DNA of 64,000 nucleotides from Gammaproteobacteria bacterium (GCA_965238175.1 CBDEGZ010000003.1:736001-800000), one strand, 5' to 3'; numbered from the stretch's first letter, positions 18,763-29,247 are shown. A program made the numbers and translations. Notes: generated from the sequence alone by a model not told the origin.

Positions 18763-20832
18763 ATGTTTTTTCTCAAAAAATTAACCCACTCTCAAGCATT
18801 CGCAGAAAGCCTTGCTGCTTGGATCACATTTTTCATAACTGTACTGTTTTTTATTTGGACAGTAATCCATCATTTATCGACATTTGTTGATATCAAGTGG
18901 AATACTGTGGTTTTCTATACTACTTTAGGTTTGCCTCTTATAATTTTCTTAGCTGTCTGGATCGCGTTAAATTTTACTAAGGCATATCTAAAAGAGATAT
19001 CCTTTTCTACAGATCCCGTTAAACATAAAAATCCTGTATCTAGCATTTCAATCACTCTCGTGCTTTCTTTCTTTCTTGTTCTCCTATTTTCACTTCCCAA
19101 TTATTCTTTAAGATTTATTTTCGCCTGTTTATTTTTTTTAATTTTGATCTATTGGTCTAAATACCACAGTGATAATTTCTTATTAAAAGTTTCCATCGAC
19201 AAGGAAATATTACCGGCCAGTAATAGAACCATTCTGTTGACGATTTTCCTACTAATCATTATTGCAGAAGTGGTAACTTTGCTTACAAATCGGTCAGATT
19301 TTGACGATGCAGAATATATACAGACAGCTTTACAGACCTTGTTATACCCAGATAGAGCGATATTATCTTTTGATGCATCTCTAGGGATTATTCTTGATTC
19401 CTTTCGTTTCGCGCCGTATCGAATTGCGTCATACGAGACTCTTGTTGCACTTATAACAAGCTGGACAGAATTCGATCTATTAACTGTCTATTATCTAATA
19501 TTGCCCGCATTTTCTGCAGTAATAACAGTACTTGTAGGGTATTTATTTGCTCGTTGGTTCTTACCTTCAAGACTAGCTTTAATCGCGACGGGAATATTCT
19601 TGTTGATTATGCTTTCTTGGGGAGATACGCACGTTGCCTATGGCAATCGTGTGTTTGTTAGATTGTTTCAAGGAAAAGGCTTACTTATTGCTGTTACTAC
19701 GCCTCTGACCTTGATAACAGGGCTGTTATATATCCGTTCACCTTCAGTCAGTCGCTGGGGGTTTTTAGTAATAACCCAGATTATAACTTTAGGGGTTTCT
19801 TCTACAGGCTTAATTCTGTCATTTGCAACAACGATGTTACTACTCCCAATTGCATTTCAGTGGGGTAATAAAAATTCCGTTTTCTGTTGTATAGGCATCT
19901 TAGTATCTCTTACCTATTCAGTCATCATCGGCGTTTGGCTTAAATTTTCAAGTATTTCATCTCTTTCTATGAATCAAGTAGGTACAGATTTACCTATTAA
20001 TGCTTCATTAGGATTCAGTGTACATGAAGTTATTACTTTGGCACTACTTGTGGCCGGACTCGTTCTAGTACGTTCGGGAATTCGAAAACGAGAATTTTTA
20101 TTTTTATCAACTGGAGTACTTTTTTTTATACTAAATCCTTGGATTGCGGAAATAATAGCAAACTATTCGTCGAGGAATATGAATTGGCGTCTTGCGTGGG
20201 CAGCTCCTATCCCGCTTATGCTTTCCGTAGTTCTTGCAGCAGGCCTTTCGTCATTTTTCACATATAAAAATAATGTCTCAATTTTAAATTGGAGATCAAA
20301 AAAACATTCTGTTGGAATTTTTAGCGTCGTACTATTAGTAGTATTTTTGATCGAAGGGCGCTGGATCATATCTGCTAATAATAATGTATCGTGGGATTGG
20401 TTCTCGATAAAAGCCCCTCAAGAATATTATGCTACAAGAGAAATATCAGAAATATTATCTGATATGGATATTACTGGTACAGTTTTAAGTGTACAACGAA
20501 TCGGTACTTGGTTGACTGTAACAAACCCTGATTTAAAACAAATAATGCCTGGGCACGGTTTTCCTATTTGCTTAAAGACAATACTCACGGAAGCTGTTTA
20601 TGGAGACCGTGTTCAATTGTTAGCTTTGGTGGATATTGAAAATGCTGATTATTCAAACATGTATAGTTTAATAAAGTCACATGACGTTCAAGCAGTTGTG
20701 TTGAATAATGGTCCAATTTCAAAAATATTTCTTTCAGAACTTAGTTCTTTAGAGAGCATTGTTGTTCAAAAGAATGTTGCGATCGGAGACTACCACGCCT
20801 TGAAAATATCATACCCCAAAGGATATGACTAA
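18763..20832 (+). CDS. Polytopic membrane protein, DUF6077-like, putative GT-C glycosyltransferase
   Basis: More than 12 TM; DFDDAEY after an early TM; RLFQGK; WRLAW..P; soluble C-terminal domain. Confidence 0.65.
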   Translation: MFFLKKLTHSQAFAESLAAWITFFITVLFFIWTVIHHLSTFVDIKWNTVVFYTTLGLPLIIFLAVWIALNFTKAYLKEISFSTDPVKHKNPVSSISITLVLSFFLVLLFSLPNYSLRFIFACLFFLILIYWSKYHSDNFLLKVSIDKEILPASNRTILLTIFLLIIIAEVVTLLTNRSDFDDAEYIQTALQTLLYPDRAILSFDASLGIILDSFRFAPYRIASYETLVALITSWTEFDLLTVYYLILPAFSAVITVLVGYLFARWFLPSRLALIATGIFLLIMLSWGDTHVAYGNRVFVRLFQGKGLLIAVTTPLTLITGLLYIRSPSVSRWGFLVITQIITLGVSSTGLILSFATTMLLLPIAFQWGNKNSVFCCIGILVSLTYSVIIGVWLKFSSISSLSMNQVGTDLPINASLGFSVHEVITLALLVAGLVLVRSGIRKREFLFLSTGVLFFILNPWIAEIIANYSSRNMNWRLAWAAPIPLMLSVVLAAGLSSFFTYKNNVSILNWRSKKHSVGIFSVVLLVVFLIEGRWIISANNNVSWDWFSIKAPQEYYATREISEILSDMDITGTVLSVQRIGTWLTVTNPDLKQIMPGHGFPICLKTILTEAVYGDRVQLLALVDIENADYSNMYSLIKSHDVQAVVLNNGPISKIFLSELSSLESIVVQKNVAIGDYHALKISYPKGYD

Positions 20833-20904
20833 AGAGATCCATATAGGATCAGACAACAAGCAATACCACTAACTTGAGTAAGTCCGAGGAAAAACCGCTT
20901 ATGT

Positions 20905-21219
20905 ACCAAACAGGAAAGTTCTCTAAGAACAGAAAGTGAAAATTGGCTCTCAATAGAGGCGGTGATCAGCGAAAGCAATATCCGCCGTGATTGGAATAAG
21001 AATACTGGTACACCTAACGCTATTTACCAGTTTGAACTTCAATATATTTATGAAGTCAACAATACAAGCTTTACAGGATCACGCTATTCCTTTCATGGAG
21101 ATTCGTCATTTAAATCAAAATCGATAGTTGATCAATTACTTGTGAAATATCCCGTCGGGAAGAGAATCACGATTTATTACCAGCCAGAAAACCCTCAAGA
21201 ATCTGTCGTATTACGTTAA
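20905..21219 (+). pseudogene. 5'-truncated duplicate of the DUF3592-like gene
   Basis: Identical to 9595-9909 but lacks the start and TM helix. Confidence 0.85.
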
Positions 21220-21467
21220 ATAATAACAATTGGCCTATATTATGCTTAAAAACTATAACTTAAAACCTGCTAAGACCCACAACCGGAGAGTAAGATGAAA
21301 GCGAGCGATCTATTTATTAAGTGTCTTGAAAATGAAGGAATTAAATATATTTTTGGTGTTCCGGGTGAAGAGAACTTGGATATGCTGGAGTCATTAAAAG
21401 ACTCTTCCATTGAGCTTATTCTTACCCGTCATGAGCAACCTGCAGGTTTTATGGCCGCAACCATTGG
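20905..21467 (+). repeat. Right (uninterrupted) copy of the direct repeat
   Basis: Offset 11310 from the left copy; see 9595. Confidence 0.95.
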
Positions 21468-22935
21468 TCGTCTTACTGGAAAACCCGGGGTTTGCCTCTC
21501 TACTTTAGGTCCCGGCGCAACTAACTTCTTTACCTCCGCAGCATATGCCCAATTAGGTGCGATGCCGATGATGATGATCACCGGACAAAAACCAATTCAC
21601 TCTAGTAAACAAGGTCATTTCCAGATCATTGATACCGTCGATATGATGCGACCAATTACCAAATATACTAAGCAAATTGTTCACGGAAACCGAATTCCAA
21701 CGGTTGTCCGAGAAGCTATAAAACAGTCTGAAACCGAACGCCCAGGTGCTGTTCATCTAGAACTACCAGAAGATGTCGCGGCCGAAGAAACACATACCCA
21801 ACCGATGCCTATTCATAAAGTTAGACGTGCTGATGCCAATGAAACTGCTGTGAATATGGCGATAGAAAAAATTGAAAACGCCAAATCTCCATTATTTTTG
21901 ATCGGTGCAGGTGCAAATCGTAAGCTAATCTCAAAACGACTTGCTAAGCTGATCAACAAAACAGGGATCCCTTTCTTCAATACCCAAATGGGTAAAGGCG
22001 TAATAGCTGAAGATCATCCTCTTTTCTTAGGAACAGCTGCACTTTCTGATAATGATTATTTACATTGTGCAATTGATAAGGCCGATTTGATCATTAACGT
22101 TGGTCATGATGTTGTTGAGAAACCACCATTTTTCATGACACACGGTGGAACAGAAGTTATCCATATCAATTTTGTGCCCGCTGAGGTTGATGAAGTGTAT
22201 TTCCCTCAACTTGAAGTAGTTGGTGATATTGCAAATGCACTATGGCAAATTGAAAATCGTATTTCGCGGAAAAAAGATTGGGACTTCACCTACTTTATGA
22301 AAGTGAAAAAAGCAGTCGATGAAAAGATCCGTGAAAATGCAGATTCGGATCAATTCCCTATGATCCCACAACGTTTCGTTGCTGATGTCCGTGCTGCCCT
22401 TGGGCCAGAAGATATTATCGCGCTTGATAATGGTGTCTATAAAGTTTGGTTCGCCAGGAATTACTATGCACTTGCTCCAAATACGATCCTGCTAGATAAC
22501 GCTCTCGCAACAATGGGTGCAGGCCTGCCTTCGGCGATGGCCGCGAAAATGGTCAAACCTGAAAGTACTGTTGTCGCAATCTGTGGTGATGGTGGTTTTA
22601 TGATGAATAGCCAGGAAATTGAAACCTGCGTCAGATTGAAAATGAACATCATTGTTCTGATCCTAAATGACAGTGCCTATGGCATGATCAAATGGAAGCA
22701 AGCTGCGATGGGCTTCCACAATTGGGGACTCGATTTTGGGAATCCTGATTTTGTAAAATATGCCGAGAGCTATGGCGCAAGCGGACACAGAGTTGAATCT
22801 ACTGAATCTTTCTTACCGATGCTAAAAGATTGTGCTGATAAAGGCGGTGTCCATATAATTGACCTTCCTGTTGAGTACTCTGAGAATGCTAAGGTGTTAA
22901 CTGAAGAATTAAAAGAAAAAGCCTGTATTGTTTAA
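21295..22935 (+). CDS. Acetolactate synthase large subunit family (ThDP enzyme)
   Basis: FGVPGEEN, TRHEQ.A.FMA, STLGPGATN, GDGGFMMN...N. Confidence 0.93.
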   Translation: MKASDLFIKCLENEGIKYIFGVPGEENLDMLESLKDSSIELILTRHEQPAGFMAATIGRLTGKPGVCLSTLGPGATNFFTSAAYAQLGAMPMMMITGQKPIHSSKQGHFQIIDTVDMMRPITKYTKQIVHGNRIPTVVREAIKQSETERPGAVHLELPEDVAAEETHTQPMPIHKVRRADANETAVNMAIEKIENAKSPLFLIGAGANRKLISKRLAKLINKTGIPFFNTQMGKGVIAEDHPLFLGTAALSDNDYLHCAIDKADLIINVGHDVVEKPPFFMTHGGTEVIHINFVPAEVDEVYFPQLEVVGDIANALWQIENRISRKKDWDFTYFMKVKKAVDEKIRENADSDQFPMIPQRFVADVRAALGPEDIIALDNGVYKVWFARNYYALAPNTILLDNALATMGAGLPSAMAAKMVKPESTVVAICGDGGFMMNSQEIETCVRLKMNIIVLILNDSAYGMIKWKQAAMGFHNWGLDFGNPDFVKYAESYGASGHRVESTESFLPMLKDCADKGGVHIIDLPVEYSENAKVLTEELKEKACIV

Positions 22936-22943
22936 TCCAATAT

Positions 22944-22970
22944 AAAAAAGTGGGCACAAGGATGTGCCCA
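22944..22970. terminator. Hairpin after als
   Basis: TGGGCACA-agga-TGTGCCCA with an upstream A tract (U tract on the minus strand). Confidence 0.6.
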
Positions 22971-23061
22971 GTATTCTAAACCTTCCTCTGAATATAACCT
23001 TACGTCATAAAGAACTATTATTTTAATCCCTTAATCGAACAAAATTCTATAAAATACCTCC

Positions 23062-24831
23062 ATGTTATTTGATGCATGGCTCACACTGGCCGTAATAGGA
23101 TTTTGTTTTAGTAGTCTCGTTTTTACACGATACTCTCCTGACATCATCATGATGGGTGCTGTGACAATTCTTTTTCTCGGTGGTGTTCTCACTACAGAAG
23201 AAGCCCTGAGAGGTTTTGCAAACGAGGGCATGATCACCGTCGCTGTTCTCTATGTGATCGCCAGTGGATTACAAGAAACCGGTACCATCAAATGGCTTTG
23301 CAGTACACTTTTGGGCCGTCCTCAAACAGTTCCAAAGGCACAGTTTAGATTGATGACACCTGTCGCGATCCTGAGTGCATTTTTAAACAACACACCTGTT
23401 GTCGCTATGTTTATTCCTATGATAACGACCTGGGCCCGAAATAATAATATCCATGTTTCACAGTTAATGATCCCTTTAAGTTATGCGGCCATTATCGGTG
23501 GCGCATCAACTTTGATTGGCTCTAGCACCAATTTGATCATTAATAGTATGCTGATAAAACATAATCCTGAACTTGGTCTTTCCATGTTTGATCTGGCCTG
23601 GGTTGGCGTGCCCTGCGTAATTACGATTATTGGTTTTATCGTATTATTTGGACATAAGCTTTTACCAAAACATGGTTCAGCGGGGCAAGATCTAAAAGAT
23701 GTTCGACAATATACGGTAGAAATGCGCGTCGCACCGGATTCAGCTATTGATGGCAAAACAATAGATCAGGCGGGACTACGAAATCTACCTGGTCTATTTT
23801 TGATCAGCATTGAACGAAATGGGGAATCCATACCCAGCGTTGGACCACATCGAACCTTAAAAGGAAATGATCGGCTACTATTTGTTGGTGATGTCGAATC
23901 TGTGGTTGATCTGAAAAAATTTCGCGGACTGGATTTGATCGATAAGGAAGATCGTCGTTTCCTCAACCAGACCAATACGCGATCACTCGTTGAAGTCGTT
24001 GTTTCAGAGAACTGCCCGTTAATTGGTAGCACCATTCGCGATAGCCGTTTTAGAACGCATTACAATGCTGCGATTGTTGCGGTTGCAAGGAATGGTAGTC
24101 ATTTGAAACAAAAAATTGGTGATATTGTTTTGAAACCCGGCGATACACTATTGCTTGATGCTCGTGAGAACTTTCTCGAACAGCAACGATTTTCAAAAGA
24201 TTTTCTGCTCACAAGTCAGATCAAAGATTCCCGAGCGGTGAGACACAACTTGAGTATCGTTGCTCTGGTCATACTAGCAACCTTAGTGCTAACAGTGAGT
24301 ATGCAATGGCTGAGTATGCTGCAAGCATCAATGCTGGCTGCTGGCATGATGTTACTAACAAAATGTACTACAAGCATCGTTGCGCGGAAAAGCATTAACT
24401 ACCAAGTGTTAATTGTCATCGCGGCATCGATTGGTTTAGGTATTGCGGTTGAAAAAACTGGGCTAGCTGCATTGGCTGCTGAAAGACTGATCGGTTTGAG
24501 TGGAAACGAACCACTGGTTTCTCTGGCAATGCTTTACATTATCGCCGCGCTTTTCACTTCGATTCTGTCGAATACGGCGGCTGCAGTGGTTTTATTTCCC
24601 ATCACCATCGCAACAGCGGAATCACTCAATGTGAATCCGATGCCCTTTGTCATTACATTGATGATCGCAGCAACCGCTAGTTTCGCGACCCCGATTAGTT
24701 ATCAAACAAATCTGATGGTTTATGGTCCTGGCGGTTACCGCTTCACTGATTATCTGCGTGTTGGTTTACCGTTAACTGCTCTGGTATTTTTGATCACCTT
24801 AACCATCGTGCCAAACGTTTGGCCATTCTGA
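23062..24831 (+). CDS. SLC13/CitM-type anion symporter with two TrkA-C domains (sulfate/carboxylate)
   Basis: SAFLNNTPVV, TLIGSSTN, two RCK_C repeats, SFATPISYQTNLMVYGPGGYRF. Confidence 0.9.
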   Translation: MLFDAWLTLAVIGFCFSSLVFTRYSPDIIMMGAVTILFLGGVLTTEEALRGFANEGMITVAVLYVIASGLQETGTIKWLCSTLLGRPQTVPKAQFRLMTPVAILSAFLNNTPVVAMFIPMITTWARNNNIHVSQLMIPLSYAAIIGGASTLIGSSTNLIINSMLIKHNPELGLSMFDLAWVGVPCVITIIGFIVLFGHKLLPKHGSAGQDLKDVRQYTVEMRVAPDSAIDGKTIDQAGLRNLPGLFLISIERNGESIPSVGPHRTLKGNDRLLFVGDVESVVDLKKFRGLDLIDKEDRRFLNQTNTRSLVEVVVSENCPLIGSTIRDSRFRTHYNAAIVAVARNGSHLKQKIGDIVLKPGDTLLLDARENFLEQQRFSKDFLLTSQIKDSRAVRHNLSIVALVILATLVLTVSMQWLSMLQASMLAAGMMLLTKCTTSIVARKSINYQVLIVIAASIGLGIAVEKTGLAALAAERLIGLSGNEPLVSLAMLYIIAALFTSILSNTAAAVVLFPITIATAESLNVNPMPFVITLMIAATASFATPISYQTNLMVYGPGGYRFTDYLRVGLPLTALVFLITLTIVPNVWPF

Positions 24832-24865
24832 TCACACTATACGAGGACTATTGCTAAAAATCATC

Positions 24866-27034
24866 TTAAGCCAAATCATGATTCTTCAATGGCAAGCTAC
24901 GGATCCGTTTTCCCGTTAGCGTAAACAAAGCATTACAAACCGCTGGCGCAATGGGCGGTGTTCCAGGCTCACCAACGCCGCCTAATGTTTCACCACTATT
25001 GATAATCTCAACGTCAATTTTAGGCATTTTGTCCGATGGTAGTATCGGGTAAGAATCAAAATTGGTCTGTACGACTTTGCCTTGCTTCATAGTCACTTCT
25101 TCTCCGAGTGCCGCTGAAAGGCCATAGGCAATACCACTTTCCATCTGCATAGCTACAATTGCAGGGTTGACAGCAAAACCACAATCGACAGCACACCAGA
25201 CTTGATCAACTTTAAGCTCACCATCCTCAACAAACACTTCCGCAATTTGTCCTACGATCGTTCCAAATGAAAGATGTAAGGCGACCCCCATCGCATGTTG
25301 AGAGCCGTCTTTACCTTTCCAAGGAGCGGCTTTCCAACCAGCCATGTTTACCACGGTATCAAGCACTCTTTTAAAGCGCGGCTCAGTGTTTAACAGGCTA
25401 CGACGAAACTCAACAGGATCAGTTTCTACCGAATGAGCCATCTCATCGATAAAGGACTCTTTGAAGAAACCATTTTGTGAATTTGCCACAGATCGCCAGA
25501 ATCCGATCGGAACGGGTTTCACCGGTACGTTAATCAAATCCATCCGTTTATTCGGGATGCCATAAGGTTGCTCATAGGCACCTTCTATAATAGATGTGTC
25601 AATCTTCGGATCAGCTAGCATTCCAGGCAATATACGTCCCATTGGCCCTTCGCCCGCTGTTGTAATATGGATTGCGGTTGGCTTACCATTTTGATCAAAA
25701 CCCGCGCGGTATTTTGCTGCCGTCATAGGTCGGTAATGATCATGTTGAGTGTCCTCTTCGCGTGTCCAAATGACCTTGATTGGCTTGCCTTTATGCTTGT
25801 TTGCGAGGGTAACGGATTGAGCAATATAGTCGGCCATAAAACGTCGCCCAAATCCTCCACCAAGAAACGGTGTGAATACTTCGATCGATTCAATCGGCAA
25901 ACCAGTGATTTGTGACGCTACTTGTGCCACGGCATCTACTCCTTGATTAGGTGCCCAAACGCTACAATGATCATCTACAACCAGCGCCGTACAATTCATT
26001 GGTTCTAGTGTCTGATGCGCAAGGAAAGGCACATGATATTCCGCTTCAATTGTCTTAGCTGCGTCTTTTAGTGCTTGAGCAGCATCACCTTCATTTTCGG
26101 CTTGAACCCCATCATCATTGAGATGAGATTGAAGCTTTTTCAGATGACCTTCTGATGAAAAATCAGAATTGTCGCCGTTATCAAATTCTATTGGGAGTTT
26201 TTCCAGAGCAGATTTCGCATGCCAGAAATAATCCGCGATCACCGCCACACCGTTTTCGATCTCTTCCACGGCATGGACTCCGGGCATATTCATCACAGCT
26301 GACTTGTCATAGGACTTAACTGAGCCACCAAACACCGGAGATTGTTTGACCACGGCGATCAACATTCCAGCAACTTTGATATCAATACCAAATTCCGCAT
26401 TACCTGTCGCTTTAGCCGCACTGTCGGTTCTTTTAACTGGTTTGCCCAATAATCTAAATTCCGCAGGATCTTTTAAGCTAACATTTTCGGGCATTGGTAA
26501 TTTAGCCGCTAATGGTGCGAGTTCTCCATATGCTAATTTTTGGCCAGATTTTTTATGAATAACAAAGCCAGGCTGTGTTGAGCATTCCGATGCAGGCAGG
26601 CCCCATTTGTTAGCGGCCGCCTCGATCAACATCGCTCTTGCTGTAGCCCCAGCTTTACGCATCGTGTTATAAGAAGATCGAACACTCAAACTACCTCCAG
26701 TAAAACGCATTGTATTGTTGAACATGACTTTGTATTCAGGCCCATGCGGGGCTTGAACCACAGAAAGCACATCCATTTCGATATCAAGTTCTTCTGCAAC
26801 AATAGCTGGAATTGATGTGTAAGTACCTTGTCCCATTTCAACAAACGGGTTTTGGAAAAGCACCTGGCCATCTTCCTGGATCCCAATAAAAGCATTAATA
26901 ACCGATTCTTGATCGCAATCCTCGACAGCACGGGCAAATTTTCCATAGGGTAGTGCTAGTCCAAGCACAAAAGCGCTAGACATTGCTCCCAGAAATTGTC
27001 GGCGAGACAAGGAAACATTTATGATCTTGCTCAT
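24866..27034 (-). CDS. IorB-like molybdopterin-binding subunit (XDH family) with Tat signal
   Basis: SRRQFL, EMGQG, TGGSLSV, GGGFGRR, FWRSV, GVGEPG. Confidence 0.92.
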   Translation of the reverse strand: MSKIINVSLSRRQFLGAMSSAFVLGLALPYGKFARAVEDCDQESVINAFIGIQEDGQVLFQNPFVEMGQGTYTSIPAIVAEELDIEMDVLSVVQAPHGPEYKVMFNNTMRFTGGSLSVRSSYNTMRKAGATARAMLIEAAANKWGLPASECSTQPGFVIHKKSGQKLAYGELAPLAAKLPMPENVSLKDPAEFRLLGKPVKRTDSAAKATGNAEFGIDIKVAGMLIAVVKQSPVFGGSVKSYDKSAVMNMPGVHAVEEIENGVAVIADYFWHAKSALEKLPIEFDNGDNSDFSSEGHLKKLQSHLNDDGVQAENEGDAAQALKDAAKTIEAEYHVPFLAHQTLEPMNCTALVVDDHCSVWAPNQGVDAVAQVASQITGLPIESIEVFTPFLGGGFGRRFMADYIAQSVTLANKHKGKPIKVIWTREEDTQHDHYRPMTAAKYRAGFDQNGKPTAIHITTAGEGPMGRILPGMLADPKIDTSIIEGAYEQPYGIPNKRMDLINVPVKPVPIGFWRSVANSQNGFFKESFIDEMAHSVETDPVEFRRSLLNTEPRFKRVLDTVVNMAGWKAAPWKGKDGSQHAMGVALHLSFGTIVGQIAEVFVEDGELKVDQVWCAVDCGFAVNPAIVAMQMESGIAYGLSAALGEEVTMKQGKVVQTNFDSYPILPSDKMPKIDVEIINSGETLGGVGEPGTPPIAPAVCNALFTLTGKRIRSLPLKNHDLA

Positions 27035-27495
27035 ACTACACCTCCTTGCAATTCAACCGCTTTTTTAACCGCTGCAAAAATCTGCAAGTAAGTTCCGCAA
27101 CGACAATAATTGATCATACCTTCTTTGATTTCATCCTCTGTTGGGTTAGGGTTTTCCTTCAATAAAGCAACTGCCGACATGATCTGACCGGACTGGCAAT
27201 AACCACATTGTGGAACATCCGATTCAATCCAGGCTTGTTGCACGGGATGTAATTCACCCTCTTTAGCTAGCCCTTCAATGGTTGTGATTTTCTTACCTTT
27301 GACAGCACTAATAGGCATTACACAAGAACGCACAACTTGCCCATCAAGGTGGACTGTACAAGCGCCACATAAACCTTTTCCACAACCGAACTTAGTACCT
27401 GTATAGCCGATAACGTCACGGATTGCCCAAAGTAATGGCATGGAACCTTCTACATCTATTTCATGTTTTTCATCATTGATGATTAAGCTGGTCAT
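27031..27495 (-). CDS. IorA-like 2x[2Fe-2S] subunit
   Basis: GTKFGCG.GLCGACTV, QCGYCQSGQ, CRCGTY. Confidence 0.95.
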   Translation of the reverse strand: MTSLIINDEKHEIDVEGSMPLLWAIRDVIGYTGTKFGCGKGLCGACTVHLDGQVVRSCVMPISAVKGKKITTIEGLAKEGELHPVQQAWIESDVPQCGYCQSGQIMSAVALLKENPNPTEDEIKEGMINYCRCGTYLQIFAAVKKAVELQGGVV

Positions 27496-27517
27496 AACCT
27501 TGCCCTCAAATGTTGTA

Positions 27518-28132
27518 CTAATTTGTTATATCTTCTAAATCTTTTTGCGTATCTATATCTATCATTGCCTCGGGAACAGAGACGGTCAATAATTTTGACT
27601 GATGTTTTTTTAGTAAATTCCTCGCACCGATATCACCCTGTAAATTAGCCAGTTCCGCATAATTTGATGTAGGGAAAATTGCTGGAACGCCACATGTATT
27701 GCCATGCTCATTTTCATACTCGCTTGCAATTATGTTGTCTGGATTTTGTTGGTAAAGAGTCATTAATTTCTTGATCGAAGTTGCTTTAAGCAAAGGCTGA
27801 TCTCCTAAAAAAATCATTACTCCTTTTGCACTTTTGGGTAGGTTTAAAACACCCATTTTAATAGATGATGACATACCCTTTTGCCAGTCATTATTTATTA
27901 AAACATTTACCGATTGTAGCTTAGCAGTCTTTTTGATCATTTCTGCATTTGCACCCAAAACCATAATCACTTTTTTATCGAAAATTGAATTTGCCAGATT
28001 AATTGTATAGTTGATTAAATAATCGTTTTGCCAGATCGCAAGCTGCTTAGCAGAACCAAAGCGCGAAGATTCACCTGCCGCAAGAATGATCGCATATAGT
28101 TCATTAGACATATTTTCTGGAGAATTATTCAT
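27518..28132 (-). CDS. mocA: Molybdenum cofactor cytidylyltransferase
   Basis: LAAGESSRFG..KQL, GMSSSI, GDQP, GD.GAR, DIDT; XDH-family context. Confidence 0.85.
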   Translation of the reverse strand: MNNSPENMSNELYAIILAAGESSRFGSAKQLAIWQNDYLINYTINLANSIFDKKVIMVLGANAEMIKKTAKLQSVNVLINNDWQKGMSSSIKMGVLNLPKSAKGVMIFLGDQPLLKATSIKKLMTLYQQNPDNIIASEYENEHGNTCGVPAIFPTSNYAELANLQGDIGARNLLKKHQSKLLTVSVPEAMIDIDTQKDLEDITN

Positions 28133-28155
28133 CTATCAAACAATATCGAATATCT

Positions 28156-29247
28156 TCATGAGTAGATTGGTTTATCTTTATCTGACAACCGACCTCCACC
28201 ATGATTTCTAGAGACGGCTTGAATTTCTGCAATCACCGATAGTGCAATCTCCTCAGGTGTTTGGGCGGCTATATCTAAACCAGTAGGCCCAAATACCTGG
28301 CTTTGGATTTTTTGTGATTTTTCACCCAAACTTTCAAGCAAACGATCGCGTCGTTTTGCCGGCCCCAATAAACCAATATATGGAATATTACTGTCCGCAA
28401 GTTCTTTAAAAAAACGTTCGTCATAGTCCATATTATGAGTCATTAAAATCATCGCATCGAACTGATCTAATGGTAATTCTTGATTCAGATCAGCAGGAAT
28501 AATATGTAACAAAACATCAACATCGGGAAATCGCGATGCATTTACAAAACCAGAACGATGATCAACAACTGTAGTATGCCAGTCTAATAATTTCGCAAAC
28601 CGTGTCATCGACACAGTATCCGGCCCAGCACCTATGATCAATAATTTAAATGGTGGTTTTAGTAAATCGTAAAAAACATGCACTTTTTTATTATCAATAT
28701 AGTGTTTAATCAAAATAGGGGTTTTCTGATCGATTATTTGTTGTGCTTTTTTAATGAATTGATCATGATAAGTTATGGTTGTATCAAGCATATTGTTGTG
28801 CTTTAAAAAAGAACTATAGCCTGGTAGATAATCTATATGATCTGACTCACAAATTGTGAATAACACACCTGATCCATTTTCTTCGACTTCACCCTCAAGT
28901 AGATCAAAAGGTGAATGCTTATTCTCTGCTTTTAAGGGTTGTAATAAAACACGCACTGCGCCATTGCACCCTAAACCCAAACCCCAGATCGCATCTTCAG
29001 GTGAGCGCATATCATAGAAAACGACATTGGGTTTTCCACTGTTTAAAACCGCTTCTGCATGTTCATGTAGATCCAATTCAAAACATCCACCGCCGAGTAG
29101 TCCAATAAACTCACCGTTTTCTAAAATCAACATTCGTGCACCGGCTTTTTGATATGTTGAACCCATAGTTTCAATTATCGTTGCGAGCACGTAGTTCCCT
29201 GGGGTTTCTTTAATATGATGATAAATATTAGATAACTTATTCGACAT
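28156..29247 (-). CDS. xdhC: XdhC/CoxF Moco chaperone
   Basis: GST...GARM, GGCFE, GLGCNG, YIGLLGP..R, P.GLDI...TPEEIALS. Confidence 0.92.
   Translation of the reverse strand: MSNKLSNIYHHIKETPGNYVLATIIETMGSTYQKAGARMLILENGEFIGLLGGGCFELDLHEHAEAVLNSGKPNVVFYDMRSPEDAIWGLGLGCNGAVRVLLQPLKAENKHSPFDLLEGEVEENGSGVLFTICESDHIDYLPGYSSFLKHNNMLDTTITYHDQFIKKAQQIIDQKTPILIKHYIDNKKVHVFYDLLKPPFKLLIIGAGPDTVSMTRFAKLLDWHTTVVDHRSGFVNASRFPDVDVLLHIIPADLNQELPLDQFDAMILMTHNMDYDERFFKELADSNIPYIGLLGPAKRRDRLLESLGEKSQKIQSQVFGPTGLDIAAQTPEEIALSVIAEIQAVSRNHGGGRLSDKDKPIYS

Noticed and set aside
20901-20903. ATG that might restart the truncated DUF3592 copy
   Set aside because: Out of frame with the DUF3592 codons, which resume at 20905.
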